DNA from: a virus
Lineage: Duplodnaviria; Caudoviricetes
Length of the DNA: 53,682 bases
Virus record (IMG/VR): IMGVR_UViG_3300031825_000171
Coordinates: 1-53,682 of that record
Reading direction: 5' to 3' (one strand)
Position 1 is the first letter of the stretch. Each line of letters opens with the position of its first letter. Positions 17,985-26,796 of the stretch are shown piece by piece. The notes beneath the pieces were generated by a model. That model was given only the letters and a program-made list of their open reading frames with translations, was not told the DNA's origin and did no database searches. The translations under genes and the position numbers were made by a program.

Positions 17985-18111
17985 TGCGGAGGGCCGAGTC
18001 ACCCATTACCCGCATTCTCAGCGATAGACTTATCCGCGACGCGCCTTCACCAACTAAGCCACCCCGCCGCCCGGCGGGAACTGTCATTGGGTTGCAACGC
18101 AAGAGTTTCTA

Positions 18112-18684
18112 TCACGGCTCGAATCCACCTATTGTAACGCCGCATTCCCGCTCGATGACAGGAAGCATCCTGTTTTCCGCCTTCCAGTCATGACGGGATA
18201 CCCAGCGCCCCTTGTTCGCCTTGTGATACTCCAGCCGGGCAGGCTCCAGCAGATTATCGAAGCCGACCAATCGTATTTCTTCGGGCTTCAAAAACTCCGC
18301 TGCGCAGATAATCGCAAACATGCCTAGCGAGAAATTCGGAACCTCGTCACCGCTCAGTTCCTTAAAAATCGCGTTCCAAGTCAAAAACAGTTGCAGCGGT
18401 ATAGCCAACGGCGCTTGGGCGCGACTTCTAAAGCTCGCCTCGGTCGCCGGGTTCCAAGTGCCTTTTTTCGGCTGGCCCCAATATTCTTTGGGAACTCTCC
18501 TGTCATCCAGCATCACCGGTAGAGTCTCGGTAGAACTCGCCATGTAGTCACAGCGCTTACCGTAGTCCTCTGGGGCTTGCCACGATGGTTCCTTGAGGCG
18601 CACAACAATGTTCTTATCAATCTCCGCGCCCCATTTTTTTCCAACCGGGCTAGTGCCGTGTCCTATTATCGTCACGACTGACAA
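18112..18684 (-). CDS. Sialyltransferase-like (GT29/Maf-like) glycosyltransferase
   Basis: L-motif-like IIGHG..G.EID...VVR..DYGKR; S-motif-like SLGMFAI..IRLVGFD; H-x4-E (HDWKAE). Confidence 0.7.
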   Translation of the reverse strand: MSVVTIIGHGTSPVGKKWGAEIDKNIVVRLKEPSWQAPEDYGKRCDYMASSTETLPVMLDDRRVPKEYWGQPKKGTWNPATEASFRSRAQAPLAIPLQLFLTWNAIFKELSGDEVPNFSLGMFAIICAAEFLKPEEIRLVGFDNLLEPARLEYHKANKGRWVSRHDWKAENRMLPVIERECGVTIGGFEP

Positions 18685-19414
18685 GCTTGTAATCCTTCAA
18701 AAGCAGCCCGCGTGACTTGTCTCCAACAATAGCCGCGCTTATCCAAAATTCTTTATCAAAACGCCGCCTGAAGTGGCCGCGCCTCATGTGCACACGCGGG
18801 CTGGCATGAGTTCCGCCAACATGGGATGATTCATCGACCAGATTCGGCTTTAACACCGCTAAAGTCTTGTATCCAATAAGCGGGAAACGCCCCGAGCGAA
18901 TTCGCTTATCGTTCAGTTTGCGTGATGGGGCGTTTTCTATAATCCGCTGATCTGGATGGTTCAGTGTGCACAAGAACCACGATAGAGATTCTGCAACTCG
19001 CTCGCAAATACGATCACCGGAGAAACCGCCGCCCGCAAGCTTTGGCAATGACACCGCGCCGTCTTCCGTTAGATAGAAGGCGCGGAAATGCACTTGATCT
19101 GTGATCACGTACGCGGCAACAAATATGCCGGTGCCAATCGTTGAGCAAAAACAAAAAGCGTCTCCGCTATCATCGTATAGCCGCACAAGTAACGCGTCGT
19201 AAGGAAGGCGCAAATAAGATGTGTGGTAATCGTGATCGGATCGCGGCAAGCGAGAGCTAAACTTTACGCATTCATCGAACAGGCTTACGCACGCATTATG
19301 CAGATCGGCGACTGCATCTGTTCTGGCTGGAACTGATGTAATAACGTGCCTGAATGTATGAAACTCCACCAGAATCTCCCTAGAAAATCCAGCTACGGGA
19401 TTATTCTGCCTCAC
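18650..19414 (-). CDS. Hypothetical phage protein
   Basis: C-terminal THASPRVHMRRGHFRR..W motif; start uncertain. Confidence 0.65.
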   Translation of the reverse strand: MRQNNPVAGFSREILVEFHTFRHVITSVPARTDAVADLHNACVSLFDECVKFSSRLPRSDHDYHTSYLRLPYDALLVRLYDDSGDAFCFCSTIGTGIFVAAYVITDQVHFRAFYLTEDGAVSLPKLAGGGFSGDRICERVAESLSWFLCTLNHPDQRIIENAPSRKLNDKRIRSGRFPLIGYKTLAVLKPNLVDESSHVGGTHASPRVHMRRGHFRRRFDKEFWISAAIVGDKSRGLLLKDYKLVSRDDNRTRH

Positions 19415-19490
19415 GGCATGACTAGGGGCGGGACAAAATTGTCCGAATTACTTTGCTACCAACTTAGGAACGCACTTGTCCAACATCCGC

Positions 19491-20588
19491 TTAATTACCT
19501 CGATTTGCTCCGGCGTAAGCATTCCAAGTGTCATATACCCTCACAGAACCATACCAAGGCGTACGACCCGGAGTCGCCTTGCAAATCCACTTCCACGGTA
19601 AAAGTGAGCGACGATCCGGCAACGCCGTCATCGGGTCCGCAATAATCACATCCACAGGAACCCCTAGAGCGCCCGCAAAATGCGCGACGGAGGTTGAGAC
19701 GGACACAACCCCATCCAGATTCGACAACAGCCCCAAAACGCCTTCTATGTCGTCTCTGAGGTCGAGTCCTTCGGGACCGTCAGGGGCTTCTTCATCGTAT
19801 TCTCGGTCGTACTGCAAAGACACCGCACGAATTCCGCTTGCATAGCGGCCAAGGATTCGCCTTTCAACCCCCTGAGCGCCGCGCCAACTAATTCCCGTAT
19901 AGCCTCTGTACTCTCGGAAACGCTCAACTTGCTCACTATCGGCCCTTAAATAAGGTGTCCCGGGGAAATGACGCAAATCGTGCCGGAAGTTCCGCGGGAG
20001 ATCCACCAACGGCGTCCACGCATCGCAACCTTCCGGGACTTCCTGGATTTTCCGTTCCCCACCTTCAATCTGAGCGGACCGCGTCTCAACACCAAAGGAC
20101 CGCGCAAAAATTCTCTGTAATCTCGGATCACACTCGATGACGACGGAATCCACCAACCTTTGAACGTCAGGGACACACGACGCGAAGAAAACCTCGTCCC
20201 CTATCCCCTGGTCTCCGATGATCCAAAGCTTCTTGACCCTAGACCCATCCCACCGGGGAATGGGGAATGGGTTCTTATCCATCCAGTGCCACATCGCCGC
20301 GTGGTAAGCAGACTGATACTCCCAGCCCGACCAGTCCGAATAATCCCCCAAATAAAAACGGGCCTGACAACGCGCCCACTTCGCATTAGGCGGCTCGTCA
20401 TGGACTAGATGCAGCTCACCCCTGCGGTATGCCTTCTCAAGCTTCCTAATCGCGTTCTGGCGCTTTAGATGGCTGGCACCAGTGGCTTTCTCAAGGACCA
20501 GGCGAATGGAACGGTAGTCAATCTCTCGAAACTGCGACCCCTGCGTGCTTTGAGTCCCGAAAGGGAGGAGGTGGGCACCTTTGTTCAT
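19491..20588 (-). CDS. GT-B glycosyltransferase of the TPR-associated (FlmG/GT9-like) type
   Basis: WDG..K.WI.GDQGIGDEVFF, ECDPRL..F.RSF, GISWRG, SLQY, VSVSTSVAHFAGALGVP. Confidence 0.8.
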   Translation of the reverse strand: MNKGAHLLPFGTQSTQGSQFREIDYRSIRLVLEKATGASHLKRQNAIRKLEKAYRRGELHLVHDEPPNAKWARCQARFYLGDYSDWSGWEYQSAYHAAMWHWMDKNPFPIPRWDGSRVKKLWIIGDQGIGDEVFFASCVPDVQRLVDSVVIECDPRLQRIFARSFGVETRSAQIEGGERKIQEVPEGCDAWTPLVDLPRNFRHDLRHFPGTPYLRADSEQVERFREYRGYTGISWRGAQGVERRILGRYASGIRAVSLQYDREYDEEAPDGPEGLDLRDDIEGVLGLLSNLDGVVSVSTSVAHFAGALGVPVDVIIADPMTALPDRRSLLPWKWICKATPGRTPWYGSVRVYDTWNAYAGANRGN

Positions 20589-20630
20589 GGTCGCTTGCCA
20601 GCGTTACAACGCCACTCGGCTGGCTCTGGC

Positions 20631-20843
20631 TTATTCACTATTCAGCTTGAACATCGCGTGCGACAAAAACCCGATGATCGTCCAACGGTCTTTGAGTCCG
20701 GCGCATGCATAACTACACCCACTCACATCCTGCTCAAGCAGCAATATCCCAGTCGTCTCGCCACAACGAACGCGCGCCAATGCATCCTCCAAAACTCGCG
20801 CAACATCCGGGTCACGAGCTTTTTCAACCAGACTAACCAGCAC
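20631..20843 (-). CDS. Hypothetical protein
   Basis: ORF in late orientation, protein-like composition. Confidence 0.55.
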   Translation of the reverse strand: MLVSLVEKARDPDVARVLEDALARVRCGETTGILLLEQDVSGCSYACAGLKDRWTIIGFLSHAMFKLNSE

Positions 20844-20939
20844 GCCGCTTCCTCATGTAGTCCCGCATGTAGGCTCGATACTTGGAGGGATTCTTCGCCC
20901 TCCAGCGATTAACACGCTTGCGATTCCCGTCTCTAGCTC

Positions 20940-21200
20940 TCGGCGTCATGTGTTAATACAGGAGTTATACTTCCGTCGAAAATTCGGGAAGGGCTATACG
21001 TCCCCGCTCACCGCCACGTTGGGGGGGGGTGCCACCCACCCGGCCCACTCCCCAGCCCATCAATCCACCCATTTGCTGCAACGCAGTTCGCGTAACGCTC
21101 ATTATGTTAAGTGAAATGCGATGCAATACAGCCTTTAATCAACCGCTTACGTGTTGCATGCGCCTTTGTGCGCTCGCACATGGCATTTCAGGGTGATTAT
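20940..21200. promoter_or_regulatory. Candidate packaging/terminus region
   Basis: Non-coding, G9 run at 21021, IHF consensus AATCAACCGCTTA 21137-21149, next to putative terS. Confidence 0.4.
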
Positions 21201-21212
21201 TGCTGCTCTGCG

Positions 21213-21572
21213 TCACGCGGACTTGATGCCTGGGTCTTGCTTGGCCCGATCAGCCAGTAGCTTGGCGAGCAGGTCCGGGTATGCGTCGATAAGCTGCTGA
21301 AATCGTTGCAGAATATCGGCTTCCGTCAGTTTATCGTCGGGATTGACGTTAGTTTGCTCGACCGCGGACAAGGACGGGCGCAACTTGTCGTATCTCGCCT
21401 TTATGAGCGCAACCGCTCCACTGCTTATCTCTTTGATTTGCGCTTTCTCTTGGCAGGTAGGACATTGGAAGTGGCCGACGATCACAGCATCCATGTATGA
21501 CTCTATCCGCCCCAGCGATATTCGGTCTCTTTCCTGCTGAGTCTGGCCCGCTGGTTTCTTACGAGCGGCCAT
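21213..21572 (-). CDS. Putative terminase small subunit
   Basis: MAARK start, K..P.LSAVE motif, size and position. Confidence 0.5.
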   Translation of the reverse strand: MAARKKPAGQTQQERDRISLGRIESYMDAVIVGHFQCPTCQEKAQIKEISSGAVALIKARYDKLRPSLSAVEQTNVNPDDKLTEADILQRFQQLIDAYPDLLAKLLADRAKQDPGIKSA

Positions 21573-21636
21573 CTTTAGTATCCTGGCACTCGCTTACCCG
21601 GCTTTGCCTTGCTGGGCTTCGTGGTTTTCTTCTGTT

Positions 21637-21987
21637 TCATTTCGCATCCTTCTCTATGTTCGTCAGCATCTGGCCTGCGATCTCCCGGCTATATTCGGAT
21701 CTCACGGCATCGATCACAGCCTGCCAGCCATGCGTTCTGCGTTTCATCTCGTCTAACGGCTCTCGTCCGTTCCAGCGGTAATCTTGCAGGGCTCGGTAGT
21801 AGATGGATTCCGCTTGCTCGGGCGTCATTCCCCACCCATACGCAATCCGCTCATCTTTCCTCTCGTCCCACAGCTCCACAACACACTCCTCCTTCAGCCG
21901 GCATACCTTTCCCCGATATTCGATTAGCTCGCCCTCGGGAATCAGCAATATCTCAGGCGTTTCAGTCGTGTAAGTCGTTGATTCCAT
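21637..21987 (-). CDS. Hypothetical protein
   Basis: 116-aa ORF in late orientation. Confidence 0.6.
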   Translation of the reverse strand: MESTTYTTETPEILLIPEGELIEYRGKVCRLKEECVVELWDERKDERIAYGWGMTPEQAESIYYRALQDYRWNGREPLDEMKRRTHGWQAVIDAVRSEYSREIAGQMLTNIEKDAK

Positions 21988-22024
21988 GGCCTAGGAAATA
22001 TTTATGCGTCCGGCATCAAATAGT

Positions 22025-22055
22025 TGTTGACACGCAACGGTTAACATGGTCTAAT
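22025..22055 (+). promoter_or_regulatory. Strong sigma70 promoter with overlapping inverted-repeat operator
   Basis: TTGACA-17-TCTAAT with extended TG; TGTTGAC-N8-GTTAACA. Confidence 0.75.
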
Positions 22056-22113
22056 GCACTCGTCATCACCGATGACACACCCACCGCCGGTGAGTAGGCG
22101 GAAGGAGAATGAG

Positions 22114-22359
22114 ATGAGCGACCATTTTTTTGCACTGCATACCGGACACCTCACCGCGAAGGCCGACAAGATCGCGCAGAGGCACGATGCATGGCACGTC
22201 AACTACACAGAGCCCAACGGACAACGCCGCGGCTGGTTTGCCTGCCGCAACCGCGGTAATCCATTTGATCAGGCGACAGCGAACGCCGTGATGTCCGACA
22301 TCGACCGCGCAGGCGGCATCGACGCGCTGCGCCACCAGCGTGATCGCGAGGAGGCGTAA
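22114..22359 (+). CDS. Small hypothetical protein (anti-defence candidate 1)
   Basis: AAGGAG RBS; first gene after promoter. Confidence 0.8.
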   Translation: MSDHFFALHTGHLTAKADKIAQRHDAWHVNYTEPNGQRRGWFACRNRGNPFDQATANAVMSDIDRAGGIDALRHQRDREEA

Positions 22360-22497
22360 ATGACGACGCCACTCTCTACGACTCTCGGCGGCACGCTCGA
22401 GCGCCATACCGATGGCTGGCGCTGGCGGGACTGCGGCGCACCCGGTGCGGTAGATCATCGTGGTCTCGGCATCTCATGCGGCTGTGCCGCAGAATAA
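22360..22497 (+). CDS. 45-aa hypothetical (candidate 2)
   Basis: GGAGG RBS, abuts previous stop; translated by hand. Confidence 0.6.
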   Translation: MTTPLSTTLGGTLERHTDGWRWRDCGAPGAVDHRGLGISCGCAAE

Positions 22498-22499
22498 TC

Positions 22500-22727
22500 A
22501 TGGAAAAGACCAAAGCCCGCATGTCCATCGCCGTAGTCCGCGACGCCGCCGACAATATCGTGGGCTATCAGGCGACGGCTTACCCGGTTGGCGGCGGCGC
22601 ACTGCCACTGGGACCCGTATGCGCCTCTCGGGACTCGGCAAGCGCCTACATGAGCGCTCGCACCATCCCACCGACGACCGAGGGCGGATTCCGCGTATCC
22701 GGCACTGAGCTTGAGCGCATCTACTAG
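22500..22727 (+). CDS. 75-aa hypothetical (candidate 3)
   Basis: Tight operon spacing. Confidence 0.65.
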   Translation: MEKTKARMSIAVVRDAADNIVGYQATAYPVGGGALPLGPVCASRDSASAYMSARTIPPTTEGGFRVSGTELERIY

Positions 22728-22730
22728 CCA

Positions 22731-22982
22731 ATGCCTCAATTCCCCCGCCGCAATACGCAGCCGATGCGACCCGACAGCTACCACCGGATCGCTCGGCTGC
22801 TCCGTCATGCCGCCGACCGGATCGAGGCATGCGCCGAGCAGCAGGGCGCGCAGGAGAAGCGCACCCTCACCATGCTCCTGCACTCGCTCATCCGTCAGGC
22901 GCGGCACTGGTCCGACCGGCATCGTGCGACGGTGGACGGGTCGCTCAACGTGCCGATACATCTCACTCACCGCGAGGACTAG
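22731..22982 (+). CDS. 83-aa hypothetical (candidate 4)
   Basis: Tight operon spacing. Confidence 0.6.
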   Translation: MPQFPRRNTQPMRPDSYHRIARLLRHAADRIEACAEQQGAQEKRTLTMLLHSLIRQARHWSDRHRATVDGSLNVPIHLTHRED

Positions 22983-22985
22983 ACC

Positions 22986-23111
22986 ATGATCTACCGCTAC
23001 TACCAGGACGAATCCAGGGCACTCACCGCCATCGCAATCGCTCGTGCGCAGGGCAAGCAGGCCTACATGATCCGCTACCGCGCCGGCACAATCGAGGTAA
23101 GAGTCTGGTGA
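22986..23111 (+). CDS. 41-aa hypothetical (candidate 5)
   Basis: GAGGA RBS; MIYRYYQDESRALTAIAIARAQGKQAYMIRYRAGTIEVRVW; GTGA overlap with next gene. Confidence 0.65.
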   Translation: MIYRYYQDESRALTAIAIARAQGKQAYMIRYRAGTIEVRVW

Positions 23112-23308
23112 CCCTCGCTGAATTCCGCAGCCTCGCAGATGCCCACGGCATCACCGGACGTACGCGCGAGGCGCTGCAGCTCGTCTACGTGGACGGCCTC
23201 ACGGGCTCCGAGGCATCACGCGAGGTCGGTATAGACCGTGCGGCCGTCAGTCGTGCCCGGAAACGACTGGAGCGGCCCCTGTGCCCTTCCTGCGGGCGTC
23301 CTGAGTAA
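23108..23308 (+). CDS. TrfB/KorA/Aca4-like HTH regulator with C-terminal CxxC
   Basis: MTLAEFRSLA..ALQLVYVDGL..EASREVGIDRAAVSRA. Confidence 0.75.
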   Translation: MTLAEFRSLADAHGITGRTREALQLVYVDGLTGSEASREVGIDRAAVSRARKRLERPLCPSCGRPE

Positions 23309-23725
23309 GCCTCTGGTGAAAGCCCTCGCCCGAATAGATAAGGTTGACCGGACACGAGCCGGTACTGGTTAGGTGTCGGGACTGAGGACTTTCGCCGGAA
23401 GAATACCCACCGGGGGTATATTTTAAAGGTTATAACTCCCCAACCCATATCCCTGCACCCCTACCAAGGGGGTGTCTGCGCTTCTGCGGGGTATGAGTCA
23501 ATGCCTGCCGTTTATCACCCGCCCGGTATCGAGGGCTAAGCGCCTGCCCCACCGTTGGCTTTCGCCTGCCGTGGTCGCCATGCTGTGCAGATCGTAGGGT
23601 GTTTCGCGCGCCCTTGGCTTGATTCAGAGCGCTGGATGGGGTTGGGGGTTCATCCCGGCATATCTCGCTTTTCTTCCAGACCGGCGCGAGGTTAGGACCG
23701 TCATGCTTATGGCGTGGAGTGCCAA

Positions 23726-23748
23726 TAAAAATGCCCCATTGCGGGGCC
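23726..23748 (-). terminator. tR'-like terminator
   Basis: GCCCC-GCAAT-GGGGC-ATTTTT about 180 nt after late promoter. Confidence 0.65.
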
Positions 23749-23909
23749 TGTGCGTTTTTTGAGGGCGAGCAGAAGCAAAGGAGGCGGCTTGTTGCTTGCC
23801 CCTGGGTGTGCTGCACGGCTCGTCACCGCCTTTATCACCCACCGGTTTGCTTGGCGCTGCTGCCTTACCGGCTGGCATCTCTGCTATGGACGCATTGCGT
23901 CCGACTTTC

Positions 23910-23938
23910 CTTATACGCCTGCCTTATGACGGCGTCAA
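23910..23938 (-). promoter_or_regulatory. Late promoter (pR'-like)
   Basis: TTGACG-17-TATAAG directly after Q-like gene. Confidence 0.75.
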
Positions 23939-24447
23939 TACCTTTCCAGCTCAAAATTCACAATCTCATTAACCGACTTATCCATTGAGCCTATTTCGTC
24001 CATTAGCCACATCATTTTGTGAGCTAGCGACTTAACCCGACCATAGCTCAGTTTCATGCGACCTGCTCGCTCGATGTCCGTGTAATGCTTCAGTCCGGTT
24101 CCTCGGCACGTATCGCACATCACACGCAATTCCTCAACCACCAACTCCCGAGCGCCGTTACATGTCGTGCATGACGGACCCATAAACTCGCTCAGAATCT
24201 CCTCCGCGAGCCTACGAGCCATGTCTGGGCGCTCTGCCTTATACCGGCAGAGGTAATGCGCTGTGAGCCCTTTTATCGCGTCCTGATAGGCTTTGCTTTC
24301 GAGCATGTACCGCGCCTTCCAGATTTGCAGGCCCAGCGTGGAGGCGCGACCGGAAGCGGCTACCCGATCCACGGCTTTTTCCTGCTCGGGCGACCAGCCC
24401 AGACCCGCTAAGGCGGTTGCTGCTACGGCTTCTCGAAGGTTGGCTAT
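23935..24447 (-). CDS. Late antiterminator Q-like protein; probable ATA start
   Basis: CxxCxG..CxxCxGTG zinc finger, position; AGGAG 7 nt before in-frame ATA. Confidence 0.75.
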   Translation of the reverse strand: MANLREAVAATALAGLGWSPEQEKAVDRVAASGRASTLGLQIWKARYMLESKAYQDAIKGLTAHYLCRYKAERPDMARRLAEEILSEFMGPSCTTCNGARELVVEELRVMCDTCRGTGLKHYTDIERAGRMKLSYGRVKSLAHKMMWLMDEIGSMDKSVNEIVNFELERY

Positions 24448-24461
24448 GGCGGCTCTCCTGG

Positions 24462-24794
24462 TTACTCAGCGACGAGCCATTGATACGTTGCAAATAGCGT
24501 CGTCAGGTGTATCGCTTGGTCGAATCCGATGGTCACGAAGAACCAGTGCCGCTTGTCGTTTCGGTAACACCATGAGGCCGTGCGGGACGTTACCCAATCC
24601 GTCGCGAAATGGGCGATCTGGTTAACGATCACGAACTGCCATCCGAGCCAGATAAACGGTAGGATGTAGAGCGAGACATGCAGCGCGAGAATGTCGTTCC
24701 GCTTACTCTTGTTGATCGCGACCTTATCCGTCTGCAACAGGAAATCGGCCACGAAGTGCAGCCAAACTAAAACGAGTGCCATTGTTAGCGTCAT
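24462..24794 (-). CDS. DUF3307-like membrane protein
   Basis: HFVADFLLQT, HF.TD, IGFDQAIH. Confidence 0.8.
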   Translation of the reverse strand: MTLTMALVLVWLHFVADFLLQTDKVAINKSKRNDILALHVSLYILPFIWLGWQFVIVNQIAHFATDWVTSRTASWCYRNDKRHWFFVTIGFDQAIHLTTLFATYQWLVAE

Positions 24795-24990
24795 CCCGCC
24801 TCCTATCGTTTCTCGATTTCCTGCGCTATCTGCTCGCCAGCCGTCTTTCCGCATTCGCCTATGTTGCGGGCTATGGAGGCGTCGAATTTTTGGCGAGCGG
24901 TCCAGCCCAGCCTGAAAGATTGGCACTCTCGAGAGGTCATTGAACCGCACATTTTTTCTACGAACGTCTTAAATGTCTCGACTTCATCCA

Positions 24991-25389
24991 TCACTCTCTC
25001 CCATCCCTCGTTATCGCCGCATGCCGCACAGAACGGACCTGATTTACCGTGCGCCACTGACACACCACCACTTCGACTTTCCCGCCCTTTACGGGCTCTT
25101 GCTTGTTCACATGCAGGGTGCGTATCTGGCAATCATCGTCGTAGCATCCCGCGTGCTGTAGCGCGTCCAGAATGGCTTTGTTGATGTTGTCGATGTCCCT
25201 GCGTCTGCGGTCGGGCGGGTAGGCGTCTACGAATACGGCTAAATCGCCTTCCTGCTTGGTCACCCCCTCACATATCCGCACCACGTCACCGCGGAATGCC
25301 ACACCCTCTTTTTTGACGAAGCGGCGATTACCGCGAGCGCCCCAATAGTGATTCACAGTGGGCGGATATGGGAGAGTGACGCGGATCAT
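24991..25389 (-). CDS. rusA: RusA Holliday junction resolvase
   Basis: LPYPPTVNHYW, PPDRRRRDIDNINK.ILDAL, DDD.QI. Confidence 0.92.
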   Translation of the reverse strand: MIRVTLPYPPTVNHYWGARGNRRFVKKEGVAFRGDVVRICEGVTKQEGDLAVFVDAYPPDRRRRDIDNINKAILDALQHAGCYDDDCQIRTLHVNKQEPVKGGKVEVVVCQWRTVNQVRSVRHAAITRDGRE

Positions 25390-25414
25390 TGGTCAGCTTT
25401 GGCTATGCGGCGCA

Positions 25415-25762
25415 TTAGACAGGACGCGCAGCAGTCAACTTGCTACGCAGCTCATAGCCCATCAACGGCCACACCTTCGCCACCGCGTTTTGCCGGGCGA
25501 TCTTGCGGCCTAGTTCGGCGTCGAAGTTCTCCGGACTGGCGCACGCGCTTTCACCCGTGACGGTGAAGCCGTTGCGCAAGACGAGGACGCAGAACGTGAG
25601 CAGCGACAGCGCCTCATGCCGTGGGCATCCATGCATCGCCTGCGCGGCCGTGAAGCTGTATTCTGCGACGATGTTGTCCTCGATGTCCGCCGGCTTGACG
25701 CGCGGCGCGGTGAGGCCTTTCGACTGAATCTCCCCCTCGATTGCTACGTTGCTCATTCCCAT
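25415..25762 (-). CDS. Phage gp49/66-family protein
   Basis: LTFCVLVLRNGFTVTGESACASPENFDAELG. Confidence 0.85.
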   Translation of the reverse strand: MGMSNVAIEGEIQSKGLTAPRVKPADIEDNIVAEYSFTAAQAMHGCPRHEALSLLTFCVLVLRNGFTVTGESACASPENFDAELGRKIARQNAVAKVWPLMGYELRSKLTAARPV

Positions 25763-25780
25763 CTCCTTTCGTTGATTGAC

Positions 25781-26047
25781 CTACGACAAAACAATTTCAC
25801 GCCTAAACATCGCAGACTGGCGCTTTGCGTTCTTTCCAGTGAGTCGTATCGACCCCGGCTTCATGCCACGCTTGAGCGCAAGCACTTCACCACCCCTCTC
25901 GTTCCACCTGTGTCCGTTGTCGCATTCATAGCGGGTGTATTCGGGCTTGGATTTGAGCCAAGACCCACGCCCACCACACTCAGGGCAGACATGAAGGACG
26001 GACTGACAGTGAGAGCAGATCACGCCTTTCCTCTGTAGCTGTCCCAA
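25781..26047 (-). CDS. Hypothetical zinc-ribbon protein
   Basis: CxxC pairs; start uncertain. Confidence 0.5.
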   Translation of the reverse strand: MGQLQRKGVICSHCQSVLHVCPECGGRGSWLKSKPEYTRYECDNGHRWNERGGEVLALKRGMKPGSIRLTGKNAKRQSAMFRREIVLS

Positions 26048-26796
26048 TCAAACACAACGAGCCTTCCGCCGTTCTCGCGCAAGCGGTCGAACGCGCGCTC
26101 CCCCAAGTATTCTTGCAACCCCTCCTTCGCCAGATTCGAGATAACAACCGTGGGTTTCATTTGCTCATATCGACCATTGATGATCTCGAAAAGGATCAGC
26201 TTTTCGGCATCGGTTCCGAATTGAACACCGACCTCATCCAAAACAAGTAGGTGTGGTCCAGTGAATTTTCTAATTGCCTCCCGCTCGCTAGTCTCGGAGT
26301 CTCTGCGGTATGTTTCCTTAACCTCTCTGACCGCCCGCATGACGCTGGTGAACAACGCCCCATACCCACGATTAATTGCCTCTTTTGCGATAGCTATTGC
26401 GAGGTGCGTCTTTCCGGTGCCGGCCTTCCCACAAAGGGCCAAACAAGCCCCCTTCTCGAAATTTTCTACAATGCCGTCCACGTACGCTTGCGCGGCCTCT
26501 AATGCGCGCCTCTTATCCGCTGTATCGGACACGAAATCCGAAAAGCTTTTGGAGCAAAACCTTGGCGGTATGCAGGCATAGGTGAGACGGTTGGCACGCG
26601 CCTCTTCTTCTAGCCGCGCTCGCGCCTCCTCTTCGCGCTTTTTCGCCCGCTCCTCATCACATTGCGGGCAGCGCGTCCAGAAGTTGGCCGTGATTTTTCG
26701 AGCGATGTAATCTCCATGCCGCTCGCAGTGACGGGCCTCAGAAGCTCCCGTCCGGTCCAACACCTGTCCGATAGTCTTGGCTTGCGAAGTTTCCAT
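26020..26796 (-). CDS. DnaC/IstB-like helicase loader ATPase
   Basis: GKAGTGKTHLA, LLVLDEVG, ISNL, DRLRE. Confidence 0.9.
   Translation of the reverse strand: METSQAKTIGQVLDRTGASEARHCERHGDYIARKITANFWTRCPQCDEERAKKREEEARARLEEEARANRLTYACIPPRFCSKSFSDFVSDTADKRRALEAAQAYVDGIVENFEKGACLALCGKAGTGKTHLAIAIAKEAINRGYGALFTSVMRAVREVKETYRRDSETSEREAIRKFTGPHLLVLDEVGVQFGTDAEKLILFEIINGRYEQMKPTVVISNLAKEGLQEYLGERAFDRLRENGGRLVVFDWDSYRGKA

Noticed and set aside
23378-23410. Hammerhead ribozyme (CTGAGGA)
   Set aside because: No correctly placed GAAA or stem II
23511-23530. Lambda-type operator (TATCACC..)
   Set aside because: This phage's operators are RCARG-N5-CYTGY; the motif is not palindromic here
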